Assembly (NCBI GenBank): GCA_030156255.1
Contig: JASGMV010000001.1
Location: 46,935-110,934 of the forward strand
Origin: Desulfovibrionales bacterium
GTDB lineage: Bacteria; Desulfobacterota; Desulfovibrionia; Desulfovibrionales; Desulfovibrionaceae
DNA: 64,000 bases
Direction: 5' to 3'
Shown: positions 37,997 through 45,467 of the stretch, one piece after another
Layout of the letters: each line of letters starts with the position of its first letter
How positions within the stretch are numbered: the stretch's first letter is position 1
The notes under the pieces: model-generated
What the model was told of the DNA's origin: nothing
The model's database searches: none
Seen by the model: only the letters and a program-made list of their open reading frames with translations
Made by a program: the position numbers and the translations under genes

Positions 37997-39028
37997 ATGA
38001 GTAAGCATCCCAGAGTCGCAGTCGTCGGCGCCACCGGCGCCGTAGGCCGGACCATGTTGTCCATTCTTGAAGAGCGCGACTTCCCGGCGTCGGAGGTTGC
38101 AGCCCTGGCCTCGTCGCGCTCTGTCGGAAGCAAACTTCCTTATAAAGACGGAGAATTGACCGTTCAGGAGCTCACGGAAGACTCGTTCAAAAAAATGGGC
38201 CTTGAGCTTGCGCTTTTCTCGGCCGGCGGCGGAACCTCGAAAAAATTCGCTCCCGTTGCGGCCGAAGCCGGCTGCGTCGTGGTGGACAACTCCAGCGCCT
38301 GGCGCATGGACGAAAAAATCCCCCTGGTCGTGCCCGAGGTCAATCCGCACGACCTGGAGTGGCATCCCGGCATTATCGCCAACCCCAACTGCTCCACCAT
38401 CCAGATGGTCGTAGCCCTGCAGCCGCTCCACCTCGAAGGCAAAATCAAACGCGTGGTGGTCTCCACCTATCAGGCGGTTTCCGGCGCCGGGCAGAAAGGC
38501 GTCAACGAGTTGGAGTCGCAGGTCCGCCAGCTTTTCAACGGCCGGGACCCAGAATCCAAGGCCTTTCCACACCAGATCGCGTTCAACTGCCTGCCCCAGA
38601 TCGACGTGTTCACCGAGAACGGCTACACCAAAGAAGAGCTCAAGATGGTGAACGAAACCAAGAAGATCATGGGCGACAACTCCATCCAGGTCACGGCCAC
38701 CACCGTACGCGCGCCCGTGTTTTACGGCCATAGCGAATCGGTCAACGTGGAGTTCGAACGCGACGTCAGCCCCGAAGAAGCCAGGACCATTCTGGCCCAG
38801 TCCCCCGGAATCACCGTCGTGGACTATCCGGAGAAGGGACTCTATCCCATGGCCATCGACGCAGCGGGAGAGGACGACGTGTTCGTCGGCCGCATCCGCC
38901 GCGACGAGAGCGTTCCCCACGGGTTGAACCTGTGGATCGTGTCGGACAACGTGCGCAAAGGCGCCGCCCTGAACACGATCCAAATTGCGGAAACCCTGCT
39001 GGAGCGGGGCCTGCTCAGAGTGAAATAA
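37997..39028 (+). CDS. asd: Aspartate-semialdehyde dehydrogenase
   Basis: 'VAVVGATGAVG', 'IANPNCSTI' (active-site Cys), 'SGAG', 'DNVRKGAALN'. Confidence 0.95.
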   Translation: MSKHPRVAVVGATGAVGRTMLSILEERDFPASEVAALASSRSVGSKLPYKDGELTVQELTEDSFKKMGLELALFSAGGGTSKKFAPVAAEAGCVVVDNSSAWRMDEKIPLVVPEVNPHDLEWHPGIIANPNCSTIQMVVALQPLHLEGKIKRVVVSTYQAVSGAGQKGVNELESQVRQLFNGRDPESKAFPHQIAFNCLPQIDVFTENGYTKEELKMVNETKKIMGDNSIQVTATTVRAPVFYGHSESVNVEFERDVSPEEARTILAQSPGITVVDYPEKGLYPMAIDAAGEDDVFVGRIRRDESVPHGLNLWIVSDNVRKGAALNTIQIAETLLERGLLRVK

Positions 39029-39035
39029 CGCGCGC

Positions 39036-39072
39036 GAACCGCCTCCGAGCGGAGGCGGTTCGGCTTTCCTCC
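39036..39072 (+). terminator. Hairpin after asd
   Basis: gaaccgcctcc-gagc-ggaggcggttc (39036-39061), followed by 'ggctttcctcc'. Confidence 0.5.
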
Positions 39073-39105
39073 ATATCATTCATATTAGACACCGGGAGAG
39101 TGCAG

Positions 39106-40047
39106 GTGGCGAAAGTCGTCGGCTCGGATGAGTACCTTGGTTTGTTGCTTGGAACTCCGCGTCACGGAGAACAAAGCGTTCTGGCCTTCTATGATCACAG
39201 ACTGGGAGCCATCTGCCGGGATCCCCGACTCATGCTCATGCCCTGGGACGACCATCTGGTCCACCGCGGCGACGGCGTGTTCGAGACCATCAAATACATC
39301 GACGGCAAGATGTACCAGCTCGAAGCCCACCTGGACCGCATGGAGACCTCGGCCAAGGGCATTTATCTCAGCCTGCCCTGCCCCCGGGACGAAATCCGCG
39401 AGCACATCCTGGATACGGCCCGAGCCGGCGGCAGCGACATCGGCCTTGTCCGCGTTTTGCTCGGCCGCGGGCCCGGCGGCTTCGGCGTGGATCCGTTCGA
39501 ATGCCCCGTACCAAGCTTGTACATCGTGGCCTACAAGTTCACGCCCAAACCCGAAAACCTTTTTGAAAACGGCGTCACCGCCTTCAAGACCTCCATCCCG
39601 GCCAAGCAGCCGTGGCTGGCAAAAATCAAGTCGCTGGACTACCTGCCCAACGCGTTGATGAAGCGCGAGGCAGAGGAGAAAGGCTTCACCTTCCCCCTCT
39701 GCTTCGACGCCCATGGTTTTTTGGCCGAAGGCGCCACGGAAAACGTGTGCATTGTGGACAAGCAGGGCAGGCTCATCGCGCCGGAGTTCACCAGCGCTTT
39801 GCGGGGCACCACCCTCCTGCGCGCCGTGGACCTCATCAAGCATGAAATCCCCATCAGCTTCCGCGGCGTCACCGAAGGCGAACTGTTCGAAGCCAAAGAA
39901 GTCATCGTCATCGGCACCACCTTGGACGCCATCAGCGTGATCCGCTACGAGGGCAAGCCCATCCACGACGTGCGGCCGGGACCGGTCAGCAAACGCATCC
40001 GGGAGCTTCTGAAAAAAGACCTGCAGGAAAACGGAACGCCCCTGTAG
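39106..40047 (+). CDS. Fold-type-IV PLP aminotransferase (branched-chain / D-amino-acid aminotransferase family)
   Basis: 'HRGDGVFETI', 'KIKSLDYLPNAL' (Lys region), 'EGATENVCIV'. Start is GTG 39106 (or 39100), after GGGAG. Confidence 0.85.
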   Translation: MAKVVGSDEYLGLLLGTPRHGEQSVLAFYDHRLGAICRDPRLMLMPWDDHLVHRGDGVFETIKYIDGKMYQLEAHLDRMETSAKGIYLSLPCPRDEIREHILDTARAGGSDIGLVRVLLGRGPGGFGVDPFECPVPSLYIVAYKFTPKPENLFENGVTAFKTSIPAKQPWLAKIKSLDYLPNALMKREAEEKGFTFPLCFDAHGFLAEGATENVCIVDKQGRLIAPEFTSALRGTTLLRAVDLIKHEIPISFRGVTEGELFEAKEVIVIGTTLDAISVIRYEGKPIHDVRPGPVSKRIRELLKKDLQENGTPL

Positions 40048-40131
40048 AGGAGCCGCGCTCCTCGGCGGACCGTCCCCTCTCGAAGGAATCGCCCCCTACC
40101 CGACAAATAAAAATTTTTGAAGAGGGGGTCC

Positions 40132-40165
40132 GGGGGAGAAACTTTTTGGAAAAAGTTTCTCCCCC
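40132..40165. terminator. Bidirectional terminator: perfect 16-bp palindrome between convergent genes
   Basis: gggggagaaacttttt-gg-aaaaagtttctccccc. Confidence 0.7.
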
Positions 40166-40191
40166 GGCAAGCCCTACTCCTATACTCTACT

Positions 40192-41175
40192 CTATCCCAG
40201 CGCCTCGCGGATCAGCGCGCCGATTCGGGCCGGGCTGTATTGCTCCATATCCAGACGGGCGCGCTCCAGAAGTTCAGGAGGAACCTTGCCCCGGGCGGCT
40301 TTGCCCATCAGGTAGGCGAAGTGGTTCAAGTCCGCCTCGGCCCAGAACATGTCCCGGGAGAAGAACGGCGCCGCCTCGCACATCTCCGGGGAAACCGGCG
40401 CCATGGTGTACTTCACCGGCCAGCTGTTCGCCTCGTTCATGAACTCCATGTTCCCCGAATATCCGGTGGCGATGACCAGGTTGCCGGCGGCCATGGCCTG
40501 GGACAAGGACAGGCCCCAGGCCTCGCAGTGGTGCGCGCTCACATAGCAGTCGCAGACCCTGTGCAAGGCCGCGATTTCATCCTCGTTCAGGACCTCGTTG
40601 ACGCTGACGACGTGAGGCAGAGCGCTTAAATCCACAGAACGGCGATACTGCTTTACGACCAGGCGGGAGGCCGGATACGAGTGCAGCGTCCGGGCGAACG
40701 CCTGCAATATCTTTTTCAGATCCTTCCTGGGATTCACGGAATCCACAATGGTGTAGAAGTAATATGCATCCTCTTCAAAGCCTATCTTGTCTTTGATGCG
40801 TTCGACAGCCGCCCCTGTCGGCTCCGCCCAGCGGACAATATGCGGGATAACGCTGACGTTTTGAAAAACCTTGCGCAGAGAAACGGCGGAAAAGGCGCTG
40901 CACGTCCAAATCTCGTCAACGCCCTGCATGATCTTTCTCCAGCTTCCGGGAAGCGTCTCCGTTTCCCATACGCTGTATGCGATCAAGCGTTTTTTCCCGC
41001 CATACTGTTCAATCCAAGGCGAAAAGCGCGACGTGTCTTCGTGCAAAATAATGACGTCCGCATCTTCCGGATGCTCCACGAGGCAGAGCCCCGCCAGGGA
41101 CATCGCTCCCTTGAACTCCTTCCCGGCGACGTAATGGCTGATATAGTGGCTGAGATGGTAATAAATGCGCTGCAT
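40192..41175 (-). CDS. GT-B glycosyltransferase (GT4/GT1-like)
   Basis: C-terminal 'YVSAHHCEAWGLSLSQAMAAGNLVIATGYSGNMEF'. ATG 41175 ('MQRIYY') is chosen because the extension to 41487 is Arg/Gly junk. Confidence 0.7.
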   Translation of the reverse strand: MQRIYYHLSHYISHYVAGKEFKGAMSLAGLCLVEHPEDADVIILHEDTSRFSPWIEQYGGKKRLIAYSVWETETLPGSWRKIMQGVDEIWTCSAFSAVSLRKVFQNVSVIPHIVRWAEPTGAAVERIKDKIGFEEDAYYFYTIVDSVNPRKDLKKILQAFARTLHSYPASRLVVKQYRRSVDLSALPHVVSVNEVLNEDEIAALHRVCDCYVSAHHCEAWGLSLSQAMAAGNLVIATGYSGNMEFMNEANSWPVKYTMAPVSPEMCEAAPFFSRDMFWAEADLNHFAYLMGKAARGKVPPELLERARLDMEQYSPARIGALIREALG

Positions 41176-41758
41176 ACGCCGCCCTGTCGCCTGCGCTGGC
41201 GAGCCTCGAGAACGCGCACCCAAAACACAGGCCAAAGCCGCGGCGGCTTCTCCCCTGCCTCGTGCGCTCGCGCCCGATCGGCCCAGGCGAAGAAAGATGT
41301 TTCGTGGGAGCGGAACGCCCCGGCGTTCCGCTCCCACGGATCGCCGCGCGAAAGCGGGACGCCCGATAAAAACAAACGGAAAACCACTTCCCGCGAGAGC
41401 CCAAGCGGAGCGCCGGCAAAATGCATCAAAAATCCTGCTCGTCCGCTCGTGCGGCGTGCGCGAAGTTCCTGTCCATCCTCCGCTCAAGATCGTTCCGACA
41501 AAAAGCGTAGCTTTCAGTCGAACTCACGCCATGGGCCGCGGCAAGGATTGGCAGGCAAACCCTTACAACGCCGTTGAACTTCCAAAATTAGACGGCTCTA
41601 GTGTGGTGTCCGCGAAATTCATATACACGCATTTCGCTCAAGATCGCTCTGCTAAAAAACTCGATTTTCAGCAGAACTTACGCCGCTTATCGCGGCGCGG
41701 CGGCCCAAAGAGCCGCCGTCGCGTCGATTCCTGGTATATGAAATTGTCGGACGCGACA

Positions 41759-42061
41759 CTAGACGGAGTAGTCCACAGCGCGCCGTTCCGTAGCGACCTT
41801 CTTCACGAAGGCGACCACTTCCAAGTGCAAAGGATGTGTCTGATAGGCGTCCAACTCCTCCATGGAGGCGAACTCACTGACCAGCACGACGTCTGCGGAG
41901 GTTTCCCCGGCCAGCTCGTTGATCCCCACCTCCAGGGAAACCACTCCGGGAACAACGCCCATGAGTCCTTCCAGCCGGGTTTTGATCTCCACGGCATTCT
42001 CCATCTTGGAAGCGCCCTCGGCGCCGTCCTTCACTCTCCACATGACAATGTGCTTGATCAT
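41759..42061 (-). CDS. Dabb-family stress-responsive alpha/beta-barrel protein
   Basis: 'HIVMWRVK...', 'MEELDAYQTHPLHLEV'. Confidence 0.85.
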   Translation of the reverse strand: MIKHIVMWRVKDGAEGASKMENAVEIKTRLEGLMGVVPGVVSLEVGINELAGETSADVVLVSEFASMEELDAYQTHPLHLEVVAFVKKVATERRAVDYSV

Positions 42062-42384
42062 ACAACACTCCCGAATTTTCCAGGCAGCTTCAGATTCGCC
42101 TCCCCGGCCTCTTAGCGAAAGAGCGCGAAACGCGCAGCACCAGCCTCGATGCGCGGCCGTCCGACGTAAGTAAAAAAACTTGGAGGACGCAGCGGCGTTC
42201 GGAGCAAATGCTCCGGTTTCAACGCCCCGGCGACCGCCCGCCGCGGCCGAGCCTTCCGCCCTCTTTCGCCTACTTGCCGACGAATAGCAAACAAGAATTT
42301 TTCAGGCGCCTCCGCGGAGGGCGATCCACGCCCCAGCAGGCGCCGCCGCAATCTTCGACGGGAGCTCACCCCCGGATGGACGCC

Positions 42385-42813
42385 TCAAAACCTCGATAAC
42401 AAAACGCGCAATTCGTCTACGCTCTCGAACCGGTCGGCTTCGGAGGGCGGCCCGGCGATCTTGTACTCCAACTTTTTGGAAATCGGCCAGCGCCGCCCCT
42501 TGGCCCGCTCCAGCACCTGATCCTTGCTCAGCAACCATCCCTGCTGGGGAGCGACGAGCAGCACCAGCCCGAAGCGTTCGCGTGCGAACCGCTCCACACA
42601 TCCGCGGCCAAGCCCCCAGAAAGGGCGTGGAATGCGGCTGGTGCGAACAATCAGCCATAGCCCATCATATATAAAATAATTGCCATACGATAAGGATTTC
42701 AGCGAACCGCCAATATTGGCCAAACCTCGCGGCGCCGCCCCGAGCATGGCGGCCAGGATCATGGCCTCTGCGTTTTTTCGATGCACGTGATAATAATACG
42801 TCTCGCCCATCAC
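42385..42813 (-). CDS. Hypothetical protein (no recognisable family)
   Basis: 142-aa ORF with non-junk composition and a local AT-rich patch. Flanked by >300 nt of non-coding DNA on both sides. Confidence 0.45.
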   Translation of the reverse strand: MMGETYYYHVHRKNAEAMILAAMLGAAPRGLANIGGSLKSLSYGNYFIYDGLWLIVRTSRIPRPFWGLGRGCVERFARERFGLVLLVAPQQGWLLSKDQVLERAKGRRWPISKKLEYKIAGPPSEADRFESVDELRVLLSRF

Positions 42814-43204
42814 TTTTTCATACCCAAGCGAGGCCCTTTACGCAAGGCTTGATGCGCTTTTTGCGGCCCGCCGACGGACCTCCGGCCGCGGAGTTCTCTC
42901 AAAAACGCCGCCCCCGCGCCTTGACAGATGAGTATATTGGGGATAGAGGTCTAATGCGCTGTTGCATCCGATCATCCTATGGGCGCCCTGGCGGCCGGTC
43001 CATGCATCGCTCAGGCGATATGCCCTTCTCAATAGCGCTGGAACGCTTTGCGTTCAGACAGGGATTAAGGCTCTGTGGCTGGTGACAGAGCTTATGGCTA
43101 CTCGGGTTCCTGTCGGTGTTCTTGCCTCTTGGTCTTGACTCCGCCCAGGCTCCGACCGCCAGTACCGTATCACTTTTAAGCCTTTGCTTGGAGGAGTTTC
43201 GCCA

Positions 43205-43471
43205 ATGGCAAAGAACATTTACGTAGGCAATCTGCCTTGGAACACGTCGGAAGAAGAACTTCGTGAAGCATTCGCCCCTTACGGAGACATCATCTCGGCG
43301 AAGATCATCACGGACCGCGAGACCGGACGCTCCCGCGGCTTCGGCTTCGTGGAGATCGATGGCGACGGCGCCGACGAAGCCATCCGCGCCTTGGACGGCT
43401 CCATGTTCGGCGGCCGCACCCTGAAGGTCAACGAAGCGCGGCCTCGGCCCCAGCGCCAGAGCCGCTGGTAA
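43205..43471 (+). CDS. RRM-type RNA-binding protein
   Basis: RNP2 'IYVGNL' and RNP1 'RGFGFVEI'. GGAGG precedes ATG 43205. Confidence 0.9.
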   Translation: MAKNIYVGNLPWNTSEEELREAFAPYGDIISAKIITDRETGRSRGFGFVEIDGDGADEAIRALDGSMFGGRTLKVNEARPRPQRQSRW

Positions 43472-43509
43472 CCGCATAATCGAGCACAACTTTTCAACCG
43501 CAACAAAAA

Positions 43510-43547
43510 GCCCGTCCCGTTGTTGCGGGGCGGGCTTTCTCTTCTTT
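43510..43547 (+). terminator. Intrinsic terminator after the RRM gene
   Basis: gcccgtccc (43510-18) pairs with ggggcgggc (43527-35), then 'tttctcttcttt'. Confidence 0.7.
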
Positions 43548-43560
43548 GATAGGAGTAGGA

Positions 43561-43779
43561 ATGGCCAAAGAAGAAGGCATCAGCATCAAAGGTACTGTGG
43601 AGGAGGCCTTGCCCAACGCCATGTTCCGAGTCCAACTCGAGAACGGGCATGAGGTCTTAGCCCACATATCCGGAAAAATGCGCAAATACCGCATCAGAGT
43701 CATGCCCGGCGATTCCGTGGTCGTGGAGGTCAGTCCCTACGACCTCACCCGCGGACGCATCACCTACAGGCCGCGCTGA
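43561..43779 (+). CDS. infA: Translation initiation factor IF-1
   Basis: '[40 protein letters not shown]...RITYR'. Confidence 0.95.
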   Translation: MAKEEGISIKGTVEEALPNAMFRVQLENGHEVLAHISGKMRKYRIRVMPGDSVVVEVSPYDLTRGRITYRPR

Positions 43780-43978
43780 CGCTGCAGCCGGCCCCGCCCC
43801 CCCGCTTCGCCTCACGCCCCGAGCCATAAGGCTTCAGCGTCCAGCCCGCGGCGGCGCGCCTAAAGACTGCCGGCTCCTTCCCTGGAACGGAGCTTCACGA
43901 CGCCCCACAGCGCCGGGTCTTTTGTTGCGCCCCCCGGCGGCCGGGCCGGAGTTCGTCGCCACGCAGCCGCATCCCGGA

Positions 43979-44027
43979 ATTTGTCGCTTATTTGTCGGTT
44001 GACACCATGGGGATTCGTCCTACCGTT
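43979..44027 (+). promoter_or_regulatory. Candidate arsC promoter with phased direct repeats
   Basis: ATTTGTCG occurs at 43979 and 43990 (11-nt phase), abutting TTGACA (43999-44004), 16 nt spacer, TACCGT. Confidence 0.35.
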
Positions 44028-44082
44028 CAGTGAACGGCGCCCAACGAGACGCCATGGATACACCAACCTGTATGGAGGCGGC

Positions 44083-44508
44083 GTGACCACCATCTTGTTT
44101 CTCTGCACGGGCAACTCCTGCCGCAGCCAAATGGCCGAAGGCTTCGTCAACCACCTGCGCGCGGAAGGCTTCCGGGCGTATTCGGCCGGGGTGGAGCCCC
44201 ACGGGCTCAACCCTTTGGCCGTGGAGGCCATGGCTGAAGCCGGGGTGGACATTTCCGCCGCCGTCTCCAAAACCGTGGACGATCTGCCGGACGCGGACTT
44301 CGACTTCGTGGTCACTCTGTGCGGCCACGCCCGCGAGACCTGCCCTTTTTTTCCTTCCGCGGCGCGGCGCGTCCACAAAGGCTTCGACGATCCGCCGAAG
44401 CTGGCGGAAGGGCTTTCTGACCGGGAGGATATCCTGAATTGCTACCGCAGGGTGCGCGATGAAATCCGCGCCCTCGTGGAAGGCCTACCCGAGAGTCTGG
44501 AAAACTGA
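44083..44508 (+). CDS. arsC: Arsenate reductase, LMW-PTP / thioredoxin-coupled type
   Basis: 'LCTGNSCRSQMAEG' CX5R loop and 'TLCGHARETCP'. Start is GTG 44083 after GGAGG (alternatively 43981). Confidence 0.85.
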   Translation: MTTILFLCTGNSCRSQMAEGFVNHLRAEGFRAYSAGVEPHGLNPLAVEAMAEAGVDISAAVSKTVDDLPDADFDFVVTLCGHARETCPFFPSAARRVHKGFDDPPKLAEGLSDREDILNCYRRVRDEIRALVEGLPESLEN

Positions 44509-44529
44509 TCCCTAAAACAGGCTACGTTT

Positions 44530-44574
44530 GGAATGCCTGCTTCACGGCGGGCGCAACCCGCCTGCAAGCATTTC
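44530..44574 (+). repeat. 45-nt nested-hairpin intergenic element, copy B
   Basis: GGAATGCCTGC...GCAAGCATTTC outer stem enclosing GGCGGG-N5-CCCGCC. Same position relative to a stop codon as copy A. Confidence 0.7.
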
Positions 44575-44708
44575 GACGCCAAACGCCCTCGCAGAGGACG
44601 CGCGGCCCGGCTCAACCCGCCCGATGCGGCGGGGCGAAGGCTTCAAACCGAAAAAGCGGAGGCGACAGGCGTCCGAGCCTCTGGCCGAACTGGTCGCCCG
44701 CCGCCTCC

Positions 44709-44894
44709 TTAGACGGATTTCTTCGAATCCTTCACCGACCGGCTTTCACAGCATGAAGGCTTCGTCGTTATGGATTGGCATCCGGAGCATCCCGGGCATC
44801 CTCCGTTGCTTGGCCTGGATGAAGGCCAAAACCACCTGCGCGCCAAATATCCTACCGCCGCCGCAACAATGAGTAGTACGATGATCTGTTCCAT
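44709..44894 (-). CDS. FeoB-associated Cys-rich small membrane protein
   Basis: 'MEQIIVLLIVAAAVGYLARR' TM, then 'GGCPGCSGC...CC'. Matches my memory of the family. Divergent from feoA1. No clear SD. Confidence 0.6.
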   Translation of the reverse strand: MEQIIVLLIVAAAVGYLARRWFWPSSRPSNGGCPGCSGCQSITTKPSCCESRSVKDSKKSV

Positions 44895-44910
44895 ACGTTT
44901 AAAATAAGCT

Positions 44911-44937
44911 TTATGATAACGACTGTCAATTTCATAA
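44911..44937. promoter_or_regulatory. Fur-box-like inverted repeat
   Basis: TTATGA-N15-TCATAA, AT-rich, in the divergent feo intergenic region. Confidence 0.4.
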
Positions 44938-44953
44938 AATACAAATTTTTCGC

Positions 44954-44982
44954 TTGACGCACCTTTTGGATTTGGATAATTC
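44954..44982 (+). promoter_or_regulatory. Candidate sigma70 promoter of feoA1B1
   Basis: TTGACG (44954-59), 17 nt spacer, TAATTC (44977-82). Confidence 0.45.
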
Positions 44983-44996
44983 TGCACCCGAGGGAA

Positions 44997-45018
44997 GTTG
45001 ATTTTCATTTTCATTTCC
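44997..45018. promoter_or_regulatory. Fur-box-like hexamer array
   Basis: ATTTTC-ATTTTC-ATTTCC tandem hexamers (compare ATTATC x3, the complement of the GATAAT model), just downstream of the candidate -10. Confidence 0.45.
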
Positions 45019-45062
45019 AAAGTGCGCACACATCCGGCCGAACAGGCGGATGGGGAGGCCGT

Positions 45063-45368
45063 ATGACGAGGTGGATTCGAAGATGGCGCGGTGGCCGCGG
45101 CCCGCAAGAGCGGATGGAGGCTCCTTCGGCGGAGGGTCTGCGCGCCGCCTCGCGATTGTCCAATCTGGACGTTGGCCAGGAAGCCGAAGTCTTCGGAATC
45201 GACGCCGGGCGCAAAGCCAGATGCAGACTCGCCTCGTTGGGACTCATCCCCGGCTCCAGGCTTCGCGTGGTGGCCAACTGCCGCTACGGACCGATGCTCC
45301 TCTCTTTAGGCGAAACCCGGTTGATGGTTGAACGGGGCGTCGCCGCCAAAGTTCTCGTCCGGCAATAA
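45063..45368 (+). CDS. feoA: FeoA-domain protein with Arg/Trp-rich N-terminal extension
   Basis: 'LSNLDVGQEAEVFGI...RLASLGLIPGSRLRVV...LGETRLMVERGVAAKVLV'. GGAGG precedes ATG 45063. Confidence 0.85.
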   Translation: MTRWIRRWRGGRGPQERMEAPSAEGLRAASRLSNLDVGQEAEVFGIDAGRKARCRLASLGLIPGSRLRVVANCRYGPMLLSLGETRLMVERGVAAKVLVRQ

Positions 45369-45467
45369 CGACGTTTGATTTTTTGGGCGCTTCATTACTA
45401 TGATGCTTTGTTACGCCATTTCGACGATATTGAAAATTAAAGTCGATCTCAAAGGTTAAAGACGCAC

